Positions 45,231-54,351 are shown, counted from the stretch's first letter. The stretch is 64,000 nt of DNA from Candidatus Bathyarchaeum sp. (GCA_020344315.1 CP070820.1:109605-173604); one strand, 5' to 3'. The notes: generated by a model not told the origin, from the sequence alone. A program made the numbers and translations.

Positions 45231-45731
45231 TTATGTTTCAGCTAGTTCTTCATTTATCCACCAAGCTTTTCTTTTTCCTGTTCTTTCTCCAGAGTAATAG
45301 AATATGATGGATTTTCCAAGTTGCTTCTTGGATGATCTCTCAATTTTTCTGAGGCGGTTGAGAACAAACCAACGGTTGGTCCCCAGAAACTCCGCAAGCT
45401 CGGTGGTTGTGGCTCCTCTATGATCAAGAAGGTAATCCACGATTTTGTTGTCAACGTCGTCGATGCAGAAGGCGTGAGGGTTTACTTTTCCCCCTTCGTG
45501 GGTTAGAATTTCAAGCTTGGCTAGATAATCCTTTATTTTGTTAACCTCGTTTTCTAGCTGAGTGACTTTCTTTTCTAACCCTAGAATCTTGTCTGGTCGC
45601 GGAGTCTTTTCCAGTTTCTCTAGTATGGCTTCGCGGATGAAGATGCTTCTTTCCCCTTCAGGAATACGTAGAGCGAGTTCCTTGTACATCTCGTCAGGTA
45701 TTTTTGCAGAAATTACTGTAAACTTGCCCAT
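45231..45731 (-). CDS. Putative transcriptional regulator: N-terminal ribbon-helix-helix, coiled coil, C-terminal winged helix
   Basis: MGKFTVISAKIPDEMYKELALRIPEGERSIFIREAILEKL is CopG/RHH-like. The C-terminal part IVDYLLDHRGATTTELAEFLGTNRWFVLNRLRKIE is wHTH-like. Confidence 0.55.
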   Translation of the reverse strand: MGKFTVISAKIPDEMYKELALRIPEGERSIFIREAILEKLEKTPRPDKILGLEKKVTQLENEVNKIKDYLAKLEILTHEGGKVNPHAFCIDDVDNKIVDYLLDHRGATTTELAEFLGTNRWFVLNRLRKIERSSKKQLGKSIIFYYSGERTGKRKAWWINEELAET

Positions 45732-45855
45732 GGACAATCCTTCCCTATGCAAAGTAACTTTAAGCAGGCTAAAGCTAAAAGCGTTTAACCTTTCTGCTGT
45801 GAACGTGAAGATTCGTTTATCTCAGGTGTGTAGTTGCTAGTTCATGGTTCTTCTT

Positions 45856-45912
45856 GGTTTTTCAGAAAAAAGGCTGTTTTCAACAATGAAGTATTATTAG
45901 TCTCCTAATATG
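45856..45912 (+). repeat. Dispersed intergenic repeat, copy D (57 bp)
   Basis: GGTTTTTCAGAAAAAAGGCTGTTTTCAACAATGAAGTATTATTAGTCTCCTAATATG. Lies 18 nt beyond the stop of the deacetylase gene and about 100 nt upstream of the regulator gene. Confidence 0.8.
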
Positions 45913-45929
45913 AATGAATGGTTTGGTGT

Positions 45930-46781
45930 TCATTGTTTTTCTTCTATTCCTTGGATAAGTTCATGAACGTCTCTGCCCACATTTTCGCCTACGTAGCCGC
46001 CTTCTAGCACGCCGAAGACTGGTTTCCCTAAAGCTCCCACAAGTCTTCCAATCTCTCTGTAACCCTCAGAAGTCAAACTCAACGAAGCCAGATCTCCTTG
46101 GTGAGCATCAAAACCCGCTGAGACCCCAACAACTTCAATGTTATTCATTTCTACCTGACCTAACGCTTTCTGCAGGGTCTCTAGATATAACGAGTCACCA
46201 GCGGAATACGATAAGGGGAAATTCAAGCAGTTGCCCTGTGAGCTGAGGCCGGTTCCTGGATAAGTTGGATATCTATGCAAGGAGATGAATGTAACGTCGG
46301 GGTCTCCTTGGAAAATTTCTTGAGTCCCGTTTCCATGATGACCGTCAATGTCCAGAATCAAGGTGGGTAAGTCCATTTTTCTGGCAGCTATGGCGATGTT
46401 GTTGAAGTAGCAGAATCCCAAAGTTGCTACTCCCAAGGCTCTACCGTCTATGCCAGCGTGATGACCCGGAGGTCTCATAAAAGAAAACCCTTTTTCCTTG
46501 GCAGCCAAAAACGCTGCGCCAGCAGAGAGACAAGCATATTCGTAGATGTTTTCAGGCACTGGCGTGTCCCCATCCAGATAGCTTCCAGCCTCTGCATTCT
46601 TTATCAAATCAACGTATTCTCTGGTGTGGACCCTCAGAAGGTCTTCCTGTGAAGCTGGCTTAGGCTCCAGAAATTCATATTGTCCTCTTAGGAGTTCAAG
46701 GGCTTTTCTAACGCGTTCAGGTCTTTCGATGTGACCGGGCCAACTATACTCCAGACATTTTTCTGAAAATATGATCTTCAT
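45930..46781 (-). CDS. Histone deacetylase-family (arginase-fold) deacetylase / acetylpolyamine amidohydrolase-like
   Basis: RPPGHHA, DIDGHHGNGTQ, and YPGTG motifs. Start set at MKIIFSEK (46781). The ORF-track extension to 47051 crosses the divergent promoter and the fbp start. Confidence 0.85.
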   Translation of the reverse strand: MKIIFSEKCLEYSWPGHIERPERVRKALELLRGQYEFLEPKPASQEDLLRVHTREYVDLIKNAEAGSYLDGDTPVPENIYEYACLSAGAAFLAAKEKGFSFMRPPGHHAGIDGRALGVATLGFCYFNNIAIAARKMDLPTLILDIDGHHGNGTQEIFQGDPDVTFISLHRYPTYPGTGLSSQGNCLNFPLSYSAGDSLYLETLQKALGQVEMNNIEVVGVSAGFDAHQGDLASLSLTSEGYREIGRLVGALGKPVFGVLEGGYVGENVGRDVHELIQGIEEKQ

Positions 46782-46917
46782 TTCTCGTTTCCTCCTCGTG
46801 AAGATTAACCTTTGGAAACATATGTAAACATGGGTTTTATTGAAGTTTGTCTCCCATTCCACCTCAAGTCTTTTAAGACTATCACTAGAAAGGCTATTAG
46901 CAAGAGGTAGGGGTAGA

Positions 46918-48045
46918 ATGCCAGAAAAAACTACAATTTCTATTATCAAATGTGATGTAGGGTCACTAGCCGGGCACCATATAGTGCCTAAACCTCTCAT
47001 TGACATTGGAAAAAAACAGTTAAAAGAAGCACAAAAAGGAGGACTAATCAACAGCTACTACGTCTTCAACGCAGGAGACGACCTTGAACTCCTCATGGTA
47101 CACCAGAAAGGAGAAACCAACCCCGAAATTCACAAACTGGCGTGGAACACTTTCCAAGAAGCCGCCAACAAAGCCAAAGCCCTCAAACTATACGGCGCAG
47201 GGCAGGACCTTTTGGGAACAGCCTTCAGCGGAAACGTTCGGGGGATGGGCCCTGGCGTGGCTGAGATGGAAATAGAGGAGCGCGGCTCAGACCCCATAGC
47301 TGTCTTCGCTGCCGACAAAACCGAGCCCGGAGCCTTCAATTTTCCCATGTTCAAAATATTCGGAGACCCCAGTAACACTGCAGGCCTTGTGATTGACCCG
47401 AGTATGATAGGCGGCTTCAAGTTTGAGGTTCTTGATGTAATGGAAAACAAGAAGGTAATCATGAAGTGCCCAGAAGAGATGTATGAGTTGATCGCCCTGA
47501 TAGGGACGCCTGAGCGCTATGTGGTCTCTCATGTGTGGCGAGCAAGGGATAATCTGATTTGTGGTTCCACAAGCACAACCAGACTCTCGTTGATTGCTGG
47601 CAAATACGTTGGAAAGGACGATCCAGTCTCGATTGTACGGTCTCAGCATGGTTTGCCAGCGCTTGGGGAGGTTCTTGCTCCATATATGCACACCTTTTTC
47701 GTGGAAGGGTGGATGCGCGGGAGCCACTGGGGTCCACTCATGCCCGTGAGCTTAAAGGACAGCCGATGCACCGTCTTTGATGGTCCTCCCAGAATTGTGG
47801 CACTTGGCTTTCAGGTCGGCAATGGGATGATTGCCAGCGACGACAATGGCGAGCCATTGATAAGCGATCTGTTTGAGGACCCAGCCTTTGGTCTGGCTCG
47901 GCGAGAGGCTATTGAGTGTGCTGCGCTTATTCGTGGTATGGGAGAATTTGAGCCTGCCCGGTTAAGTTCTCATGCTATGGAATATACTACCTTACCTAAG
48001 GTCTTGGAAAAGTTGAAGAAGAGGTTCGTGAAGGCGGACTCCTAA
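46918..48045 (+). CDS. fbp: Class V fructose-1,6-bisphosphate aldolase/phosphatase (archaeal type)
   Basis: MPEKTTISIIKCDVGSLAGHH... N-terminus and ...GWMRGSHWGPLMPV... are characteristic of the bifunctional FBP aldolase/phosphatase family. Confidence 0.9.
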   Translation: MPEKTTISIIKCDVGSLAGHHIVPKPLIDIGKKQLKEAQKGGLINSYYVFNAGDDLELLMVHQKGETNPEIHKLAWNTFQEAANKAKALKLYGAGQDLLGTAFSGNVRGMGPGVAEMEIEERGSDPIAVFAADKTEPGAFNFPMFKIFGDPSNTAGLVIDPSMIGGFKFEVLDVMENKKVIMKCPEEMYELIALIGTPERYVVSHVWRARDNLICGSTSTTRLSLIAGKYVGKDDPVSIVRSQHGLPALGEVLAPYMHTFFVEGWMRGSHWGPLMPVSLKDSRCTVFDGPPRIVALGFQVGNGMIASDDNGEPLISDLFEDPAFGLARREAIECAALIRGMGEFEPARLSSHAMEYTTLPKVLEKLKKRFVKADS

Positions 48046-48130
48046 CTTTTCCTTTTTTCTCCGTTTTATAGAACCGCCTATATACATTCTAGATTACGTG
48101 CTGGAAAGCAGCTGCAGTTATTTACAGTCT

Positions 48131-48685
48131 TTAGAAGGCAAGCTTCGCCAATTCTTCGCATCTAGACTTAACTGTTTCATAGACCTGTTTTCGGAGGTTT
48201 TCTCCAGACAACTGTGCCATTCGCAGCAGTTCCATCTTTTTGGATAATTCTCGGTCTCCTAAGGAGCGAATCCAGAGTTCGAAGTCTTTTCGCGGGACAT
48301 GAAATTCGATGGACTTCAAATCGACCTCTTGGATTTTGTCAACGAAGTCTTTGAGGCTGTCTGCGTGAAGGCCCGAGTACTGGTTGAGATCGTAGTAGAA
48401 ATGGAAGGCTCTTTCTATGGAGACGGGGCTCAGAATGTTTGATGCCAGTTTCTTGTCTACTTTCGGCAGCCCTAGCGCTTTTTTGCCTAGATTTGTTATG
48501 GCATAGTAGTGTTTCTGGGGCACAGAAACATATTTTGCTTTTATGAGACCTAGCAAGTATCCCATTGTCGAGGAAGAATTCAATTCTGTTTTTTCGGCTA
48601 TCGCTTGGAGGGTTATCGGCTTTCCTGCAGCCCACATTGCTCCTAAAATTTTTCCCCTGATTTTGCTCGCACTCATCCTCTGCAC
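48131..48685 (-). CDS. Putative regulator: N-terminal winged helix plus a C-terminal domain shared with the GH57 enzyme
   Basis: N-terminal KILGAMWAAGKPITLQAIAEKTELNSSSTMGYLLGLIKAKYV is wHTH-like. The C-terminal ~94 aa aligns by eye with the C-terminus of the 54404-55975 protein (FxFxY..SGL..SL..F....DL.SI.FHV.R.DFE.W.R..G..L...M). Confidence 0.55.
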   Translation of the reverse strand: MQRMSASKIRGKILGAMWAAGKPITLQAIAEKTELNSSSTMGYLLGLIKAKYVSVPQKHYYAITNLGKKALGLPKVDKKLASNILSPVSIERAFHFYYDLNQYSGLHADSLKDFVDKIQEVDLKSIEFHVPRKDFELWIRSLGDRELSKKMELLRMAQLSGENLRKQVYETVKSRCEELAKLAF

Positions 48686-48891
48686 GTTCCAAAAAAATAT
48701 CGTCCCTCCAGATTATTATTTCATTCGGTCTTTACAATTGAATCAAAAATTACTGTTGCGAGTTTGTGAACTGTGTCACAAGTTATAAATCCTCATTTTG
48801 ACAAATCTGTTTTTTATGAATAGTTCATGTGTAGTCAAACTTTCTGGTTTGACCAATTCAACATTATGCTTCAATCAAAGTTTGCTGTTTT

Positions 48892-49869
48892 TTGGCGAGG
48901 AGAGTGAGAAGGCTGAATGATGTTGTAGTAGATTCGGTGACTAAGCGCTTCGAAGACACAGTAGCTGTTGACAATCTTTCTATAAGTGTTGCACAGGGAG
49001 AACTGTTTGGTTTGCTGGGTCCCAATGGCGCTGGCAAATCTACACTCACAAAGATGATTTCTGGGATGCTGAATCCCACATCAGGCACAATCAAGGTGGG
49101 AAAATACAGCATTCAAGACGATCCCATGAAAGTCAAAGAACTGCTAGGCGTTGTTCCCCAAGACATAGTATTGTATGATTACCTGAATGCACGAGAAAAT
49201 CTAGCGTTTTACGGCAGACTCTACGGCTTGTCAGGAAAAAAACTCAAGAATAGAATCAATGAACTGCTGCAGTTTACACAGTTGGATGAGAAGGCAGTGA
49301 AACGTCACGTCTCTACCTACTCTGGAGGAATGAAACGCCGCGTCAACATTGCTGCCGCGCTTCTGCATGAACCTCAAGTTCTGCTATTAGATGAACCCAC
49401 CGCTGGACTCGATCCACAAAACAAACATGCCCTTTGGGATATAATCGAGGATCTGAAGAAGCAAAGGAAGACTATCGTTTTGACGACGCATATGATGGAT
49501 GAAGCAGAGGAACTGTGCGATAGAGTTGCGATCATGGATCATGGCAAAATTATTGCATTAGGCAGCCCAAGCCAGTTAGTTAAGAAAGTCAAGATGGAGA
49601 ACACGATAACTGTTGTTCCGGACAAAATCTCACCCAGCCTCATTGAACAAATTAAAGGCATTACTGGCGTCAAAAACACCTACATTGCCCCTGATGAAAA
49701 CGAAAAAATCGAGGCCATAAAGGTGATTACAGACTGCCCGGACGACATACTTCCGGATATAGTGTCCACGATTGTGAATACTGGAACAAAGGTTTTGTCT
49801 GTTCAGCTTTCACGGGTAACGCTTGAAGACGTGTTCATTACGCTTACAGGGAGAAGCCTAAGGGAGTAG
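48892..49869 (+). CDS. ABC transporter ATP-binding protein (ABC-2 exporter type)
   Basis: Walker A GPNGAGKST, signature YSGGMKRR, Walker B VLLLDEPT. Confidence 0.9.
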   Translation: MARRVRRLNDVVVDSVTKRFEDTVAVDNLSISVAQGELFGLLGPNGAGKSTLTKMISGMLNPTSGTIKVGKYSIQDDPMKVKELLGVVPQDIVLYDYLNARENLAFYGRLYGLSGKKLKNRINELLQFTQLDEKAVKRHVSTYSGGMKRRVNIAAALLHEPQVLLLDEPTAGLDPQNKHALWDIIEDLKKQRKTIVLTTHMMDEAEELCDRVAIMDHGKIIALGSPSQLVKKVKMENTITVVPDKISPSLIEQIKGITGVKNTYIAPDENEKIEAIKVITDCPDDILPDIVSTIVNTGTKVLSVQLSRVTLEDVFITLTGRSLRE

Positions 49870-49870
49870 A

Positions 49871-51139
49871 ATGGATATGAGCCTCAAAAGATCAATTAAC
49901 CAAATAGCTGCAGTAGCAAAAACCGATTTTCTTGGAGTCCTCAGAAACAAAACCGCCATCTTCTTCACGTTGCTCTTTCCGCTGTTCTTCATAGTCATAA
50001 TCGGATTCACTTTTGGTCAATCCGGAGAAGCAGACATGAGCCGCATTTCTATTGGGGTGGTTAACCTTGACGGCGAGATGATTGCCCTAAACGCCACTGA
50101 TTCTAGCAACAGCACAATCGGAGACATCTTTGTTGAAGCATTGGAGAGTGCAAACTTTACGGTTACGGGCTATGGCGAGTATGGCTACAGAGACACGAAT
50201 GGAACAGCTGCCTACGCCATTAGCCGAGGAGACATCGATGCGGTTTTGGTTATTCCCGCCAATTTCACAGAAACAATAACCTTCCTATACACCGACGATT
50301 TAGGCGCCTCAGTCCCAACAGTGTCTCACCTTGAGCTAATCGTTGATCCAACTGATTCTACTGGTGCCATGATAACGCAACAGAGCGTTTTTGGTTTCAT
50401 CTCAGCTTTCATAAAAGAATATCATGAGATCGTCATCGAACAGTTTCCATCTTACCTGCAAGATTACATTGAAGTCGTTGCCGACCCTCTCATAGTTACA
50501 ACCAGTGAAGCCGAGGTCACAGAAGCCGAGTTAAAATGGATAGACTACATGGTTCCAGGAACGCTGGGCTTGGTTCTCATTTGGAGCGGATTAAACCATG
50601 CATCCATGACCATCGCGACCGAACGTACAAAAGGAACTTTCCAGCGCATGGTGATAGCTCCTGTTTATCCCACGGTTGTTCTACTTGGTAAGCTCCTCTC
50701 CGCCTTGGCAATAGTCTATATGTCTGCTTTCATTATGCTTTTGAGTGGTGTTCTTCTCTTCCAAGTTAATCTCTACTGGGACATTCCAGTCATAATTTTG
50801 GGCATATTCCTTGGGGCACTTTCAGCGATTGGAATTGGGTTAATAATCTCTTCCCTTGCAAAGAATGAGGAAGCAGCCAACTCGATTTCTGTCATAATCA
50901 GTGTTCCGCTCCAGTTCTTCATCGGAGCTTTCTTTCCTCTCAGCATAATGCCAGCAGCTGCTGAAGCCTTCGGCAATGCTCTTCCTTTCACAAAACTGGT
51001 CACTGCCATGCAGGATGTCATGACAAGAAACCTGCCGTTTGATGCTGTTATACCCGAGATACTTTACCTAGCTGCCTCCGGTGTGATTCTGTTCCTGATA
51101 GGGACAATAGCATATCGAATAACCCTGAGAAGGCTCTAA
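49871..51139 (+). CDS. ABC-2 type transporter permease with a large extracytoplasmic loop
   Basis: N-terminal TM, then a hydrophilic loop of about 190 aa, then a 5-TM bundle. Translationally coupled to the ATPase gene. Confidence 0.75.
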   Translation: MDMSLKRSINQIAAVAKTDFLGVLRNKTAIFFTLLFPLFFIVIIGFTFGQSGEADMSRISIGVVNLDGEMIALNATDSSNSTIGDIFVEALESANFTVTGYGEYGYRDTNGTAAYAISRGDIDAVLVIPANFTETITFLYTDDLGASVPTVSHLELIVDPTDSTGAMITQQSVFGFISAFIKEYHEIVIEQFPSYLQDYIEVVADPLIVTTSEAEVTEAELKWIDYMVPGTLGLVLIWSGLNHASMTIATERTKGTFQRMVIAPVYPTVVLLGKLLSALAIVYMSAFIMLLSGVLLFQVNLYWDIPVIILGIFLGALSAIGIGLIISSLAKNEEAANSISVIISVPLQFFIGAFFPLSIMPAAAEAFGNALPFTKLVTAMQDVMTRNLPFDAVIPEILYLAASGVILFLIGTIAYRITLRRL

Positions 51140-51201
51140 TGAACGTGCAGCACCCTTTATTAGTTTGATTTTTATTTTTGTTAGTTTAGGGATTGTTATC
51201 T

Positions 51202-51435
51202 ATGACAAAGACGGTTAAGGAACAAGTGGAACAATGCATTGAAGAAGTGAGACCTCAATTGCAAGCTGATGGTGGAGACATAGAGCTTGTGGATGTAGCG
51301 AACGGCGTCGCCAAGGTGAAACTGAAGGGAGCATGCAGTGGATGTCCAATGTCAGCTATGACCCTACAATATGGAGTCATAAGCTGCATAAAGAAGAGAG
51401 TGCCGGAAATAGAGAAAGTTGAGGTAGTCCAGTAA
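51202..51435 (+). CDS. NifU C-terminal-domain-like Fe-S assembly protein
   Basis: VRPQLQADGGDIELVDVANGVAKVKLKGACSGCPMS motif (CxxC). Confidence 0.8.
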   Translation: MTKTVKEQVEQCIEEVRPQLQADGGDIELVDVANGVAKVKLKGACSGCPMSAMTLQYGVISCIKKRVPEIEKVEVVQ

Positions 51436-51478
51436 CCATTCCAGCGATAACCTCTCACTTTTTTATCTGATGCAATTA

Positions 51479-51823
51479 TTATGACCGTATCATAGTCAGA
51501 ATCATTTTGAATTTCTTGGTTGCCTTCAAGGCGTGGGGTTGATTGGCTGGCATTATCACCATTTCCCCCTTCTTTAGCGGAAAAGTTTTGCCAGATATGG
51601 TTACTTCAGCCTCGCCATCTAAGATGTGAACTAAAGCGTCGAAGGGCGCTGTATGTTCACTCAATCCCTGACCTTCATCAAAAGCGAATAGGGTTACTGT
51701 TCCCGTTTCTTTGTCAATTATTGTTCGACTTACCACAGAGCCTTCCTGATATTCGACCAGATCAATAAGCCTTACTGGTTGGGTAAGGATGCTCTCAACA
51801 TTCTGTTCTTTATTTCCTTCCAT
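51479..51823 (-). CDS. Cupin domain protein
   Basis: Small beta-barrel pattern GLSEHTAPFDALVHILDGEAEVTISGK...GEMVIMPANQPHAL. Confidence 0.7.
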   Translation of the reverse strand: MEGNKEQNVESILTQPVRLIDLVEYQEGSVVSRTIIDKETGTVTLFAFDEGQGLSEHTAPFDALVHILDGEAEVTISGKTFPLKKGEMVIMPANQPHALKATKKFKMILTMIRS

Positions 51824-51860
51824 GAATTGTCACCTGTTGCAACCATTGCCTATATTGCTC

Positions 51861-52181
51861 TTAATTTTCTCTGATGAGGCACTTTCCGCCTGTTGGACAA
51901 TACTTGTTGGCGTGATTCTCAACTGCTTTGAAGAGTGCACCGACAGTTTCTTGATTGGCGGAATAGATTCGCTTCTTTCCCTGTCTCTCAATGTAAACGA
52001 AATTGCATTCTAGTAGTGGTTTCAGGTTATGGGAGATCATGCTCTGTTCCTGCCCAAGAGAATCAGCGAGCTCAGTTACGCTCATCGGTTTTTTCATCAA
52101 TTTTTCTAATGCAGCTAGTCTTGTAGGATTCGAGAGATTTACAAAGAACTTGTAACAGGTTTCGCTTAATCCCTTCTTCAT
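51861..52181 (-). CDS. ArsR/SmtB family transcriptional regulator
   Basis: LSNPTRLAALEKLMKKPMSVTELADSLGQEQSMISHNLKPL wHTH. C-terminal Cys pair CPTGGKC. Confidence 0.8.
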   Translation of the reverse strand: MKKGLSETCYKFFVNLSNPTRLAALEKLMKKPMSVTELADSLGQEQSMISHNLKPLLECNFVYIERQGKKRIYSANQETVGALFKAVENHANKYCPTGGKCLIREN

Positions 52182-52333
52182 GACTACTTCCCTCTTTTAG
52201 CCTTTTTATGAATTATTCTTCATATGTATTATCGTTCATATAAAACCATCGGTTACTTGGAGAAACGAAAACGCACACCCATCTTATCTTCGGTTCCTTC
52301 TTTTAACAAATATTCGCAGTCTAGACAACAGTC

Positions 52334-52341
52334 TTATATAG
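52334..52341 (+). promoter_or_regulatory. TATA box (TTATATAG) for the YHS mini-gene
   Basis: Its proximal edge lies about 31 nt upstream of ATG 52372, implying a very short or absent leader. Confidence 0.4.
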
Positions 52342-52371
52342 AATCCTTCACCTATTGAGTGATGAAAGATT

Positions 52372-52515
52372 ATGCCTAGAGATCCAGTCTGTGGCGTCGT
52401 TCTAAACGAAAAGACGGGAAAATATAAAATCACGCACGACGGAGAAAAATATTATTTCTGCAGTGTTAAATGCAAGAAGAAATTCAAGAGGAACCGAAGC
52501 AAATTTGCGAAATAG
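52372..52515 (+). CDS. YHS/TRASH-domain mini-protein (47 aa), missing from the ORF track
   Basis: Hand translation MPRDPVCGVVLNEKTGKYKITHDGEKYYFCSVKCKKKFKRNRSKFAK. It has the DPVCG...YYFCS..C..KF signature of YHS/TRASH metal-binding domains. Confidence 0.75.
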   Translation: MPRDPVCGVVLNEKTGKYKITHDGEKYYFCSVKCKKKFKRNRSKFAK

Positions 52516-52584
52516 CCTCTAAAGAAGTACTTTCATAAAAACGAGAAAAATAGACCCGTTCTTTTCCAAAGCTCTTGGGTATAT

Positions 52585-54351
52585 TTACAGGTAGGCTTCT
52601 GATGCGTATCTTCGCATCATTCTGTGGCTGTTGAAGTAGTAGGCAACCTTTCCAATCGAGTTCTCCATCATTCGTATCCAATCATCCCGGTTTCTGTAGA
52701 ATTTGGGGACAACCACATACTCCAATTTGCTGTATAATTCTGTGATCTCCCGATATCTCCTCTCAGCCTCTTCCAAATCCTCTTTCGGAGAAGGACCAAT
52801 AGCCCAACCCGTAACACCCTCAACACAACCCTCCACCCACCATCCATCCAAGACACTGAAATTAATCACCCCATTATGCGCTGCCTTCATTCCGCTTGTG
52901 CCCGAAGCCTCATAAGGCGGAAGAGGAGTATTCAACCAGACGTCTACGCCAGAAGTGAGCTTAGCCGCCATCTGAAGATCATAATTTTCCAAATAGACAA
53001 TCTTCATCATACCCTTCAGATTCTGTTTCATCTCATGAATCTCCTCGATTAAGCGTTTTCCCATCCAGTCCCTAGGATGGGCTTTGCCCGCATAAATCAC
53101 CTGAATCTCTCCCACCCGGTTGATTTCTTCAAGCCTCTTTATGTTTGAAAATATCAGATTCGGTCTTTTGTAGCCGGTGGACCTTCGAGCAAAACCTAGA
53201 GTAAGCACATCACGATCAAATCGGAGACCGGAAAGTTCCCGAACATAACGTATGAGAGCTTCTTTCGCCTCCATATGAGCCAGCCAAATCTCCTCGTCAG
53301 GAATGCTGTCCACCCTGACAAGCAATTCAGGTTCGTTTGCCCATCCGGGCAGATACTTGTCATATAGCCTTCTGAAACTCTCGCAAGTCCAAGTGAAAGA
53401 GTGGACACCGTTTGTTATAGCTGAGATATTATAACCAGGAAACAGAGTCAAGGAAAATTCCTTGTGTCTTTTCGCAACACCATTCACGTATTTGCTTAGG
53501 TTAAGTGCCAGACGTGTCATATTTAGCCGGTCTTTGCCTCCAAGCTTCTTCAGGGTTTCTAGAGGAATTATTTCACCCAGCATTTCTTGGACGAGGTTAT
53601 ACGAGAATTTGTCGTGACCCGCCTCTACTGGAGTGTGAGTGGTGAATATGCAGAGGTCTCTTACCTCATCCAGCTCCATACCGTTCTTTGCCAGCAACTC
53701 TAAGGTGAGGAGGCAAGAATGTCCCTCGTTCATGTGATATTTTCCTATTTTGAAGCCTGCAGCCTCAAGCATTTTCACCCCGCCGACTCCCAAAACGATC
53801 TCTTGCTTCAACCTATACTGCTCATCCCCACCATACAGGAAAGAAGTAATCTCTCTGTCTTCCGGGGTGTTGCCTTCGACATCTGTGTCAAGAAAAAGGA
53901 CAGGAACCAATCCTCCTGTGGGACTCTGGTAATCATGAAGCCAAGCTTTCACTCTGACTTTTCGATTCTGTATATTCAACTCGACTTGGGTTGGCAATTC
54001 AGTCATTAATTTGGACGGTGTCCACTCGTCCGGGCGCTCAATCTGTTTTCCGCCTCTAAGCTCCTGTCTCACATACCCCTTTCTGCTGACAAGAGTGACT
54101 CCCACCAACGGAATCTTGAGGTCAGCGCTGGACTTTATCATGTCACCAGCCAAAACCCCTAATCCTCCGCTGTAGGTGTGAAAATCGTTGTTCAACCCGA
54201 TTTCCATGGAGAAATAGGCTATTTTCTTTCCCCGCAAGAAAGCACGTTTACAGTATTCACCGCAGAAATAGTATGTTTTTCCCCTCACTTCAGCCTTGAA
54301 TTCTTCCTTAGTTTCAGTTAAAGGCATCCCGCAGACAGGGTCTCTGATCAT
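52585..54351 (-). CDS. glgP: Alpha-glucan (glycogen/maltodextrin) phosphorylase with an N-terminal YHS/TRASH domain
   Basis: N-terminus MIRDPVCGMPLTETKEEFKAEVRGKTYYFCGEYCKRAF is followed directly by IAYFSMEIGL...YSGGLGVLAGD and EASGTSGMKAAHNG (PLP-Lys region). Start at ATG 54351 (GAGGT 11 nt upstream). The ORF-track TTG is at 54396. Confidence 0.85.
   Translation of the reverse strand: MIRDPVCGMPLTETKEEFKAEVRGKTYYFCGEYCKRAFLRGKKIAYFSMEIGLNNDFHTYSGGLGVLAGDMIKSSADLKIPLVGVTLVSRKGYVRQELRGGKQIERPDEWTPSKLMTELPTQVELNIQNRKVRVKAWLHDYQSPTGGLVPVLFLDTDVEGNTPEDREITSFLYGGDEQYRLKQEIVLGVGGVKMLEAAGFKIGKYHMNEGHSCLLTLELLAKNGMELDEVRDLCIFTTHTPVEAGHDKFSYNLVQEMLGEIIPLETLKKLGGKDRLNMTRLALNLSKYVNGVAKRHKEFSLTLFPGYNISAITNGVHSFTWTCESFRRLYDKYLPGWANEPELLVRVDSIPDEEIWLAHMEAKEALIRYVRELSGLRFDRDVLTLGFARRSTGYKRPNLIFSNIKRLEEINRVGEIQVIYAGKAHPRDWMGKRLIEEIHEMKQNLKGMMKIVYLENYDLQMAAKLTSGVDVWLNTPLPPYEASGTSGMKAAHNGVINFSVLDGWWVEGCVEGVTGWAIGPSPKEDLEEAERRYREITELYSKLEYVVVPKFYRNRDDWIRMMENSIGKVAYYFNSHRMMRRYASEAYL

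Noticed and set aside
46782-47051. 90-codon upstream extension of the deacetylase ORF, and the 26-codon extension of fbp (46840-46917).
   Set aside because: The two extensions overlap each other on opposite strands across the divergent promoter. Conserved family N-termini begin at MKIIFSEK and MPEKTTISIIKCDVGS.
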